Positions 7,810 to 15,821 of a DNA stretch of 20,000 nucleotides are shown here, in pieces. How positions within the stretch are numbered: the stretch's first letter is position 1; each line of letters opens with the position of its first letter. The notes beneath the pieces are model-generated. The model was not told the DNA's origin, did no database searches, and worked only from the letters and a program-made list of their open reading frames with translations. The position numbers and the translations under genes are program-made. The stretch comes from an uncultured virus (IMG/VR IMGVR_UViG_3300047496_000236) (taxonomy: Duplodnaviria > Heunggongvirae > Uroviricota > Caudoviricetes): the IMG/VR virus record IMGVR_UViG_3300047496_000236; one strand, 5' to 3'.

Positions 7810-8340
7810 CCTAAATCAGACCTCCCTAGGAGGCGTACGAACCCATAGGCTCGCCGGGCTCAGGTCAGCCGGAACCCTCTTTATGCCCACAGCCAGGTGT
7901 GGGCCCCGCACCTCATCTGGGCGGGCGGCAGAGTACTGGCAGGCTTTCCCGCTGTGGCGGTGGCCTCAAATGGATCCCGAAAGATCCCATGTCCGCATTC
8001 CAAGGATTACGGTAAACCAAACCCCACAGGGCTCGCCTTTGCTAGCCCCAGGAACCCCATAGGCTTTGGGTTCCGTACGCGGTCACAGTCCGGCCGCGAG
8101 CGCTGAACACCCTGCAGGGGTTCAGACACCTGGGGTATACCCAGGGACCGGGGGATGGCCCCCCGTTGTATTCAGGATCCTGCAGGACCCCTACTGACTG
8201 CGGCGGCGTCAGCCCTCCCCCTGCCCTGGGGTCGTATAGCCAGACACAACAGCGCTACAGCGCGGTTCGTCCTTCCAGGGGCGTACCGGTTTCCCGGTAC
8301 CTAAGAGATCCTTCGCGCTAGTTATAGTACGAAGGTCCTC
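7810..8340 (-). ncRNA. Candidate ~530-nt structured RNA / long leader (class unknown)
   Basis: No credible ORF. Begins directly after an AT-rich promoter-like element; chain of at least 8 hairpins, including GTACCGG-GAAA-CCGGTAC (8283-8300). Confidence 0.45.
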
Positions 8341-8373
8341 AAGTAGTAATACGCGAAACCGGGTCTTTATTTA
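8341..8373 (-). promoter_or_regulatory. Putative promoter TAAATAA-N15-TATTACT
   Basis: AT-rich island in GC-rich DNA right after the GNAT stop; TAAATAA recurs at 4167-4173, 7428-7434 and 12520-12526. Confidence 0.5.
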
Positions 8374-8397
8374 CCCCCCGGGGACCCCCGGGGTCCC

Positions 8398-8886
8398 TCA
8401 ATCACGCCACATCAGGACCCCATCTTCGGCAGGGCATCCTAGGGGGTGAAAGAAGCCCTGGACGACCCCCCGGGGGACGAATCCCAGCTTCTGCCAGATC
8501 CGCATGGCGCGGCTCCACTTCGGGTTCACGAGGCCTATAGCCGGGGGGGCCCCGGGCCCCCCTAGGAGGGCTCCTACGAGGCCCCGGCCAACCCCTGGAT
8601 ACCCCGGCATAGCCGCCACTGATGTGACATACAGGAGACCCCCGCGGGGCGCCCTCATGAGGTCGATCTCGGGCTTCCCGATGTCGTATATCCGCCAGAT
8701 CTCCAGGGCCGTTGCGTAGCCCTGAACAACCCCATCGATCTCCCCCACGACGAAGGTCTCCGGGGCATACCAGAGCTGGCGCCAGAACGGGAGCGCGTTG
8801 GGAGCCGCGATGCCAAGGGCAAAGGACGCCGTCTCGATCTCGAGGACGCGCTCGATGTCAGCGGAGACCGCCTGCCGGATGATCAC
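8398..8886 (-). CDS. GNAT (RimI-like) acetyltransferase
   Basis: N-terminal IRQAVSADIERVLEIETASF, motif A YVTSVAAMPGYPGVGRGLV, N...AMRIWQKLGF, C-terminal EDGVLM; GTG start overlaps the upstream TGA. Confidence 0.85.
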   Translation of the reverse strand: MIIRQAVSADIERVLEIETASFALGIAAPNALPFWRQLWYAPETFVVGEIDGVVQGYATALEIWRIYDIGKPEIDLMRAPRGGLLYVTSVAAMPGYPGVGRGLVGALLGGPGAPPAIGLVNPKWSRAMRIWQKLGFVPRGVVQGFFHPLGCPAEDGVLMWRD

Positions 8887-11423
8887 TGCTGCTGATCGCC
8901 AGCGAGGCCCCTGGCGGCTCCATAGCCGCCGAGGCCGACCCCGCCGGCTCCGAGGGCCTTGATGCTGGCGAGGAGGTGGGTATCGCGGCCCTGCATCTCG
9001 GACTGCAGGTTGTGATTCGTGAGCGTGCTATTGGCAAAGAAATCGGGGACCCACTTCGGGGTCGGATACAGAAGCCCGGAATGGCTGTTCGGATTCGCCT
9101 CGAAGATGATGGGTTTGCCACCCTTCCGGAAGCCGACATCGAAGGCGCCGCTGAGCTGCGAGTTCCGCTTGGCGAGCTGGGGTTCAAGGTGATCCCGGAG
9201 GGCCTGCTCAGCCCTGCGGGCCCCGGGATCCAGTCCGAGTTGGCCCAGGTAGCCCTGAATGGTCTTGTGCCGGGCCTCGGCCCCGGGGATCACGCGGCCA
9301 TTGACCATGTGGACCCTGTACTCGCTGGCGAGACCCCAAGGCGGCCTCTCGAGATCCACGCGGGGCTGGACGAAGCCCAGGGTAGGGTTCCTGAGGTAGC
9401 TCTGGAGCCTCCAGGCCTGCGCGTAGTCCGGGTTCTCTTTAAGGGCTGAGATCCATTCCTCGGGGTCATCCTTGAGGGCATGGACATCCCGGGGAGTCAT
9501 AGAGGTCCCCGGGATCTTCTCGCCCTTGGCGTAGCTGAAGTGGGGCAGGATGTCGTCCAGGTTGCTCTGGTCGTTGAAGAGGGTCCCGGCGCTCTGGAAG
9601 TCCCGGCGCCCCTTCATGATCCATTGGGGTGGCAGCTTGTTCAGGCGCTCCTCGAGCCAGGGGCGCAGGGCGTCCCCCTTGGGCACGGGACCCCCGAGGA
9701 CCTTGCTGAGAGGTGTTACCTCAGGAACCAGGCCAGGGACCAGCTTGCGGAGGCTCTGGAGTTCCTTGAGTTTGTCGTCGACGCCGAAGAACTTGAGATC
9801 CCCGGCGGTAGGCCCGATCCCGAGACGACCCCCTGGGTTCCTGTCCGCCCTGAAGTTGACCATGCCTCGGGGAGCCTTCTCTCCGTTGGGGCCGACGTGC
9901 TTGGTGCCGTAGGTCAGGTACGCCAAGAGATCCCGCATGACGCCCGGCTTCTGCTTCGCAAGCTCATCGAAGTCCTCCTGGGGCACATGCCGGAAGAGGC
10001 CCTTCTGACGCACGAGCTCAGTCATCTCGGGGCTCAGGATGCCTCCACGACCCCGGCGCGCGATGGCGTACGCGAGGGCCGCCGGAATCCCGGCTGCCGC
10101 GGCGTAGCCAGAGGCCGGCAGGGCCTTCTTCTTGTGCGGGGGTCCCGTGGGTATCAGGGACGCCGTCTTGTCGCCCTGGAGCTCCCTGGCGGCCCCGTAG
10201 GCCCCGGCCCCTGCAGCGGCAGCCCCGGTGCCCTTGAGGCCCGCCATGAGCCAGGTATCACGCCCCTGGATGGCGCCCTGAAGGCTGTGGTTGCTGAAGG
10301 CGGCCCTGCCAATGTCCATGGGGTTCCAGCTCGGGTTGGGGTAGAGGTGACCCGAATAACTATTCGGGTTCGCCTCAAAAGCGGTGGCCTTCCCTGAGGG
10401 ATCCAGCCCGACATCAAAGCCGCCGCTGAGGCTCGAACCCCTGGCAGCCAATGCGGGTTCCAGGTGCTCCCGGAGGGCCTGCTCTGCTTTGTGGGCCCCC
10501 GGATCCAGACCGAGCATGCCGAGGAGATGCCGCACCTTGTTGTAGCGTGACGTGGTTCCGGGAACCACTTTGCCATTGAGGACGTGGACGCGGTACTCCT
10601 GCTTCCCCAGGAAAGGGTTCGTGGCGATTTGGGTCCTGGTCTGAGCGAAACCGGAACCCGGGTTCTTGAGGTAGCCCTTGAGACGCCAGGCCATGGCGTA
10701 CTCCGGGTTCTGCTTCAGCGCCGCGGACCACTCATTGGCTCTGCTGGGGGACCTCCGGATCTCCTCGAGCTGATTCGGGGTCATGTCGATCCCGGGGATC
10801 ATGGCATCCGAGGGATGGTTCATGTACGGCAGGACCTTCTTGAGGTCGGCCTGATCCGTGAGGAGACCCCCGGCGGAATCGAAGTCCTTCTTGCCCTTCA
10901 GGATCCACTTCGGCCCCAGCACCTTGAGATTCTTCCGCAACCAGGGCTCCAGTGCGGGCCCCGTGGGCGGGGTCCCCTTGAGGACGCCGGAGAGTCTGGT
11001 GAACTTGGGGGTGATACCGGGGGCCAGCTTGTGGAGGAGGGCGGTCTCCTTGAGCTTGTTGCCCTCGCGGAAATCCCGGATGTCGGCCTCATTGGGTCCG
11101 ACCCCGAGGGGGCCCCCAGGCTTCTTCAGCGGATTGATGTCCACCATACCGGCGCCCCTGGGGGCTTCCGTTCCGACGTGCTTGGTGCCATAGGTCAGAT
11201 ACGCCAGGAGGGAGCGCAGCGGCGACTTGTCCAGGGCGGCGGCGTCGGTCTCGTCGACGTGACGGAAGACCCCTTTGGCCCTGGCGGCCTCCATGAGCTC
11301 GGGGCCCAGGAGACCCCCGCGGCCCCTGCGGGCGATCAGCATGGCAATGGCAGCGGGGATGCCAGCGGCTGCGGCGTAACCTGAGGCCGGCAGCCTCTTC
11401 TTGGGCTTGTGCTCTTGGACCAT
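8883..11423 (-). CDS. Tandem double ATP-grasp (RimK-like) protein, 846 aa
   Basis: Two ~420-aa homologous units, each with WI(L/M)KG..DF.SAG, F(A/V)Q.R, EYRVH..NG.V and FDVG....G....FEANPNS.SG (metal-binding E-x-N), each flanked by Gly/Ala-rich hydrophobic segments. Confidence 0.8.
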   Translation of the reverse strand: MVQEHKPKKRLPASGYAAAAGIPAAIAMLIARRGRGGLLGPELMEAARAKGVFRHVDETDAAALDKSPLRSLLAYLTYGTKHVGTEAPRGAGMVDINPLKKPGGPLGVGPNEADIRDFREGNKLKETALLHKLAPGITPKFTRLSGVLKGTPPTGPALEPWLRKNLKVLGPKWILKGKKDFDSAGGLLTDQADLKKVLPYMNHPSDAMIPGIDMTPNQLEEIRRSPSRANEWSAALKQNPEYAMAWRLKGYLKNPGSGFAQTRTQIATNPFLGKQEYRVHVLNGKVVPGTTSRYNKVRHLLGMLGLDPGAHKAEQALREHLEPALAARGSSLSGGFDVGLDPSGKATAFEANPNSYSGHLYPNPSWNPMDIGRAAFSNHSLQGAIQGRDTWLMAGLKGTGAAAAGAGAYGAARELQGDKTASLIPTGPPHKKKALPASGYAAAAGIPAALAYAIARRGRGGILSPEMTELVRQKGLFRHVPQEDFDELAKQKPGVMRDLLAYLTYGTKHVGPNGEKAPRGMVNFRADRNPGGRLGIGPTAGDLKFFGVDDKLKELQSLRKLVPGLVPEVTPLSKVLGGPVPKGDALRPWLEERLNKLPPQWIMKGRRDFQSAGTLFNDQSNLDDILPHFSYAKGEKIPGTSMTPRDVHALKDDPEEWISALKENPDYAQAWRLQSYLRNPTLGFVQPRVDLERPPWGLASEYRVHMVNGRVIPGAEARHKTIQGYLGQLGLDPGARRAEQALRDHLEPQLAKRNSQLSGAFDVGFRKGGKPIIFEANPNSHSGLLYPTPKWVPDFFANSTLTNHNLQSEMQGRDTHLLASIKALGAGGVGLGGYGAARGLAGDQQQ

Positions 11424-11438
11424 GAGCAGAGCTTAGCT

Positions 11439-11458
11439 CTTTCTCCGCGCGGAGAAAG
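11439..11458. promoter_or_regulatory. 20-bp perfect palindrome CTTTCTCCGCGCGGAGAAAG
   Basis: Fills most of the 36-bp gap between the 340-aa gene and the ATP-grasp gene; core repeated at 2478-2493. Confidence 0.55.
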
Positions 11459-11459
11459 G

Positions 11460-12482
11460 TTAGGCGGTCTGCAGGCTCAGCATCTCGATGAGGACATCCG
11501 CATCGGGGCGAGGCCACGTCTCGAGGATCTCGGAGGCCCGCTCGAAGCCGACACCCTTGACCTCGTTGTAGAGCGCGGGATCCACAGCGGCGACCTTGGC
11601 CCAATCCAAGTCGGAGAGCCGGATCGTCTTGCCGTTCATGAGGTGGACGAGGCCGTCTTCTGAGGCCGTCTTCACGTTGAGCACGGTGTCGTGGTACAGG
11701 GCCTCCTCGGGGAGCTCCAGGGAGACCCCGTAGGCCAGCTTGAGGCCCTGTTCGTCATCCAGAGCATCGAACGCCTTCATGGCGTACTCATCCCAGTCCG
11801 GGAAGTCGGAGGTGCTCCTGAGGATCGCGGCGACCTTGATGCAGCTCGGAGCCAGCGCGACATCGCGGCGGCGGCGCTCCATGAGCATGACATCGGCGGC
11901 CTCGTAGGACGGCAGCCCGAAGCCGGCGGCCTTCGTGATGTAGTCGAAGGCGACCGGGGTGACCCCGACTTCAGCGTTGCCACCGGAGCCCATGATCTCT
12001 TCGAAGAGGGTCCCTGCCGCCTTCTGGCGGGCTGCCCAGGGCAGCTTGTGACGCGACTTCCAGAAGGTCTCCGAAGCCTCCTTGAGGGACGTCGTTGATG
12101 CAAAGGGGAACAGGCGGTACTGGCGTCCACCGAGAGCGATGTCCAAGGCGTACTTCACACCCCGGGGTTCCGTGGCGTCCATGATCTCGGCGGCCATCTT
12201 GTTCACGGTATCGATGACACCGAAGATCTTGGCGGCCCCGAAGATCCGGGAGGTCACGGCGGCAGCGATCTTGGGGGTTCCAAAGGCTTCCGCGGCGCTC
12301 AGGATGCAGTCCTCCGGCGAGCAGATCGGGAACCTGCGGGCGGCCTGATCAGCGAAGGAGGAGGAAGGAAGACCGTCGTGGTTTTGAGACGTTTCCGCCG
12401 CGATCTTCTCAAGATCCACGGCTTTCACGGCTCTCTTGACGAGGTCGAATGCCCTGATGTCTTGGGTAGCGGTGGTGTTCAC
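11460..12482 (-). CDS. Hypothetical, probable virion/head-associated protein with multiple K-x-A-[A/S] motifs (340 aa)
   Basis: GTG start with AGGA upstream; KIAA (twice), KMAA, KEAS, KVAA (twice), KTAS. The virion role is inference. Confidence 0.7.
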   Translation of the reverse strand: MNTTATQDIRAFDLVKRAVKAVDLEKIAAETSQNHDGLPSSSFADQAARRFPICSPEDCILSAAEAFGTPKIAAAVTSRIFGAAKIFGVIDTVNKMAAEIMDATEPRGVKYALDIALGGRQYRLFPFASTTSLKEASETFWKSRHKLPWAARQKAAGTLFEEIMGSGGNAEVGVTPVAFDYITKAAGFGLPSYEAADVMLMERRRRDVALAPSCIKVAAILRSTSDFPDWDEYAMKAFDALDDEQGLKLAYGVSLELPEEALYHDTVLNVKTASEDGLVHLMNGKTIRLSDLDWAKVAAVDPALYNEVKGVGFERASEILETWPRPDADVLIEMLSLQTA

Positions 12483-12567
12483 TTGGTTTCCTATATCACG
12501 AACTGTAAGGGCGTCCAGTTTATTTACTAGCCCTGAGTCCTAAGATACGTTAAGAAGCCTACACCCT

Positions 12568-15147
12568 ATGTTGACGTCCCCTTTGAACAAAATGACACCC
12601 CAGGACCTCCTGGGAGCCCTGAACATCGGCGCCGGCAAGACCTACCCCAGCGTGGCGAAGTGTCCCCTTTGCCTGGTCCCGGGGGCCCTCGAGATCACCC
12701 TCGCCGTTGGGGGCTCCGCCGTATACGCCTGCAGAACCCAGACCTGCGGCTTCGCCGGGGATGGTCTGGAGCTCTTCGCCAGGGCTAAGAACTGCGGGCT
12801 TCAGGAAGCCGCCCACATCCTCCTCGCTGGAGGCATCCTTCCCGGGGACCCCGATTTCCATGTCCACCTCCAGGACTACCTCGGGGCCTACAAGGCGCAC
12901 CAGGTCATCGATGACTGGTGGGCCGAGCGCAACCAGCGTCTCCAGACCTCGAGCCATGCCGCGGGGATCCTGCAGGCCCTGGGGTGCTGGATAAGCCCGG
13001 CCCTTACGCTGGACCCCCAGGGCCTCGGGAAGCATCTCGGGATCTGCACCGGGCGTGAGCTCCAGACCCTCATGTCGGGCCATGAGCACCTCATGTACAC
13101 CCAGGGGTACCGCCAGTACCTCATCACCCCGCTTTACGCGGATCCCCGGACCATCACGGGCTTCGCGTACTTCACGGAGACCGACTTCGGCTGCGCCCAC
13201 CTGGACAGCCACAGCAAGGTCTTCGGCTTCGGGTTCCTCTCGACCACCGGCTTCAGGTCCGATGTCGTAGTCCTGGTGAATACCCCAGCTGCGGCCCTGG
13301 AGTACCTCGCGAACTCCTGGGGTGTTCCGGGAGCCCCTGGGATCCTCTATGTGCACCCCAGGGCCTCCGCCTGGGAAAGCGTGCTGGCCCGTAGGCGCCT
13401 CTTCCTGAACTTCAATGACTCCATCGAGACCTACAAGCAGACCCTCAGGGACTCCTCGGCGGTGGTCGTCTCCAAGAAAGCGATCCAGACCAGACACTAC
13501 GGACCCCTGAGCAGTCCCAAGGCTCGCCTGGAATACTTCCTCGAGATCGGGACTACGGCTCACGCCGCTGCAGGGGCCTACCTCCTCGGGATCTCCTTTG
13601 CGGAGGCCAGGGTGGCTGCCCAGAGCATGGATCTCCGCGGGGCCGATATGGCCCGTATCAGCTCAGCGGTTCCAGAAGCCTCGAGACCCCAAATGGAGGA
13701 GATCTTCGCTGACCTCCAAGAGAAGCTCTCGGTGAGCTACCGTGGGGATACCATCTCGATCTACAATGGCTCCTGGAGGTCCGAGAAGCATGGCGAGATC
13801 TCGAATGCGGTCTTCCTCGTCGATGAGGTCATCTGCGATACCCACAACAATCGGACCGTCGCCAAGGGTGTAGTGCTCCAAGGCAAGCAGACGTACCCCT
13901 TCCAAGACGACCTCGTGCGGCTCCAGACCAAGGTGGTCGACTTCTTGCAGGAGGTCCTCCGGAAGAACCATGGTGACATCCTGAATGTGGCCCCGGGCTG
14001 GACCAAGGGGAACAAGATGTACCACCTCAGCACCCAGTTCAGGGCGCCCCAGACGACCTACAGCGCCGTTGGAACCGGCTGGGCCAACGACAACAAGCGT
14101 TTGGTGCTGCCCCGGATCACCCTGGAAAACGGGGTCGTCGTGACCTCCACGAAGCTCCTGGATGGCTCCGGCCAGGGCCTAGGGATACCGCCTGATCTCC
14201 ACACCCTCGATCTGGATCCCATCCTGGTACCCTCGGATGCCTCGGCCTCGTTTTGGGCCCTATGGGCTGCCCTGACGGCCAACGCGTGGGGTCCCCTGCA
14301 GCCCCATGGGCCCCAGGGCTACGGGATCGTTGAGGCCACGGGGACCGCCTTCGACGAGGTCTACCAAGGCATGATCGAATCCATTGGGCTCCAGCGGGTC
14401 ACCCTGAGCACTACCGACGCCGTCAGGACCACCAAGGCTACGGAGCAGAAGTCGATCCTGCCCCTCGTCATCGATGAGATGTGGTCGCATTCCAAGTTCT
14501 TCGCGGCGTACCAGCAAGACGGCCTCCGCAACGCCTTCGTGGGGATGTCGCCCACGACGTACCTCGCCACAAGCCTCTCCGGGGGATGGACTTATCTCAC
14601 CCCCAAGGGGGTCCCCGGGACCGGTGTAGACCTCAGACCGTACTGGGCCCTCCTACCCATGTTCTGGGCCTGGCTGCAGGTCAACCAGGTCCAGTGGGAG
14701 CGTACGAGGTCATCTCTGCTGCCTGGGATCCTCAGGAACGCCGTGGAGCCCTGGTTGAGATCCCTGGGATACGAGAAGCCCGTCTTCGCAGACAAAGCTG
14801 TGGGACTCATCTCTGTGGACACCACGGCGGCCCAGGTCGCCTGGGGCTACCGCTTCATGGGGTTCCTCATTGAGGCCACCAAGAAGGGTATCCTCCGCAT
14901 CGGGAAGCCAGATGATCCCAAGTTCGCTGAGAACCTCACGGTCGACGAGGCCGGCAAGGTCGCCTTTGTCTCGAAGCAGCGTCTCGGGGCCCTGTTCCAG
15001 GAACTCGGCATTGAGCCCATCAGGCAGGAAGACATCGCGACCAACATGGACGCCGTGGGTTGCCTTGTGGGGCAGCGGTATCGTAATACCGTTGGAATCG
15101 TCATGGATCTCGAACGCTACAACCTCTGCTGGGCCATGAGGGCATAA
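12568..15147 (+). CDS. Primase/helicase-like protein with N-terminal zinc-binding domain (859 aa), probably degenerate
   Basis: CPLC...YAC...CGFAGDGLELFARAKNCGLQEAAHIL matches the DnaG/CHC2-type zinc finger pattern; LPLVIDE Walker-B-like motif in the C-terminal half; no clear GKT/S Walker A or TOPRIM EG/DxD. Confidence 0.65.
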   Translation: MLTSPLNKMTPQDLLGALNIGAGKTYPSVAKCPLCLVPGALEITLAVGGSAVYACRTQTCGFAGDGLELFARAKNCGLQEAAHILLAGGILPGDPDFHVHLQDYLGAYKAHQVIDDWWAERNQRLQTSSHAAGILQALGCWISPALTLDPQGLGKHLGICTGRELQTLMSGHEHLMYTQGYRQYLITPLYADPRTITGFAYFTETDFGCAHLDSHSKVFGFGFLSTTGFRSDVVVLVNTPAAALEYLANSWGVPGAPGILYVHPRASAWESVLARRRLFLNFNDSIETYKQTLRDSSAVVVSKKAIQTRHYGPLSSPKARLEYFLEIGTTAHAAAGAYLLGISFAEARVAAQSMDLRGADMARISSAVPEASRPQMEEIFADLQEKLSVSYRGDTISIYNGSWRSEKHGEISNAVFLVDEVICDTHNNRTVAKGVVLQGKQTYPFQDDLVRLQTKVVDFLQEVLRKNHGDILNVAPGWTKGNKMYHLSTQFRAPQTTYSAVGTGWANDNKRLVLPRITLENGVVVTSTKLLDGSGQGLGIPPDLHTLDLDPILVPSDASASFWALWAALTANAWGPLQPHGPQGYGIVEATGTAFDEVYQGMIESIGLQRVTLSTTDAVRTTKATEQKSILPLVIDEMWSHSKFFAAYQQDGLRNAFVGMSPTTYLATSLSGGWTYLTPKGVPGTGVDLRPYWALLPMFWAWLQVNQVQWERTRSSLLPGILRNAVEPWLRSLGYEKPVFADKAVGLISVDTTAAQVAWGYRFMGFLIEATKKGILRIGKPDDPKFAENLTVDEAGKVAFVSKQRLGALFQELGIEPIRQEDIATNMDAVGCLVGQRYRNTVGIVMDLERYNLCWAMRA

Positions 15148-15821
15148 TGCCGACCTCACTCGTACGCGGACCCGACCACACCCCAGCGCATGACCTCCGC
15201 AGGGCCATCCTCAGCGGAGAGATCTCGAGCTACGCCACGGTTTACGTCGGGATCCTGTGCCAACACTTCGGGGGCACCGAATGGTTCGGTTGGGAGCCCG
15301 ATGTGGTCTACCAGGAAGTCCTGGACGATCTCGGAGTCGATATGCCCCTGGTGGTCCGGGATGGCCTCTGGGGTCTCGTGAGCGCCCTCACGACGGATCG
15401 CTTCTATCATGACGCCATGTTCTTCAATCACGTCGCGCAGGCCCTCGGAGGCGGGCCAGTGACGATGGATCACTTCGAGCCCGCGGAGCCCCTCGATATG
15501 GCCTGGGCAGTCCTCGAGGTCGGCATGAACGACTCCGACAACGACGACCAGATCCAGTTCGGTCCCGAGGTCAGGACCTACGTGGGAGCCATACTGCACC
15601 GCGAGAACCTCGGGAAGGTGGTTCCCCTGGAGTTCGCCACGATGCCCCCGAAGGGGCTCTCTGACGAGCCTACGGCGCTTGCTGCGACAGTTCAGGATCA
15701 GGAGGACCAGCAGCGGTTGCTGGAGCAGCACCTTCAGCAACGGCTGCGGGAGCTTCGCGGCCAACTGACATCCGTTGGCGTGCTGCGCGCTGGTGCTCGA
15801 GGTGGTGCGCGGCCTCGATAA
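15147..15821 (+). CDS. Hypothetical phage protein (224 aa)
   Basis: TAATG overlap with the upstream gene; acidic globular sequence (WFGWEPDVV, LTTDRFYHD) and a Gln-rich coiled C-terminus. Confidence 0.8.
   Translation: MPTSLVRGPDHTPAHDLRRAILSGEISSYATVYVGILCQHFGGTEWFGWEPDVVYQEVLDDLGVDMPLVVRDGLWGLVSALTTDRFYHDAMFFNHVAQALGGGPVTMDHFEPAEPLDMAWAVLEVGMNDSDNDDQIQFGPEVRTYVGAILHRENLGKVVPLEFATMPPKGLSDEPTALAATVQDQEDQQRLLEQHLQQRLRELRGQLTSVGVLRAGARGGARPR

Noticed and set aside
1131..8340. CRISPR array or mini-array from the recurring motifs
   Set aside because: The repeats are short, irregularly spaced and not separated by uniform spacers; no cas gene is visible
7810..8340. Group I/II intron or retron assignment for the structured regions
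   Set aside because: No interrupted gene, no recognisable domain V or P7 consensus, and no reverse transcriptase or homing endonuclease in the window
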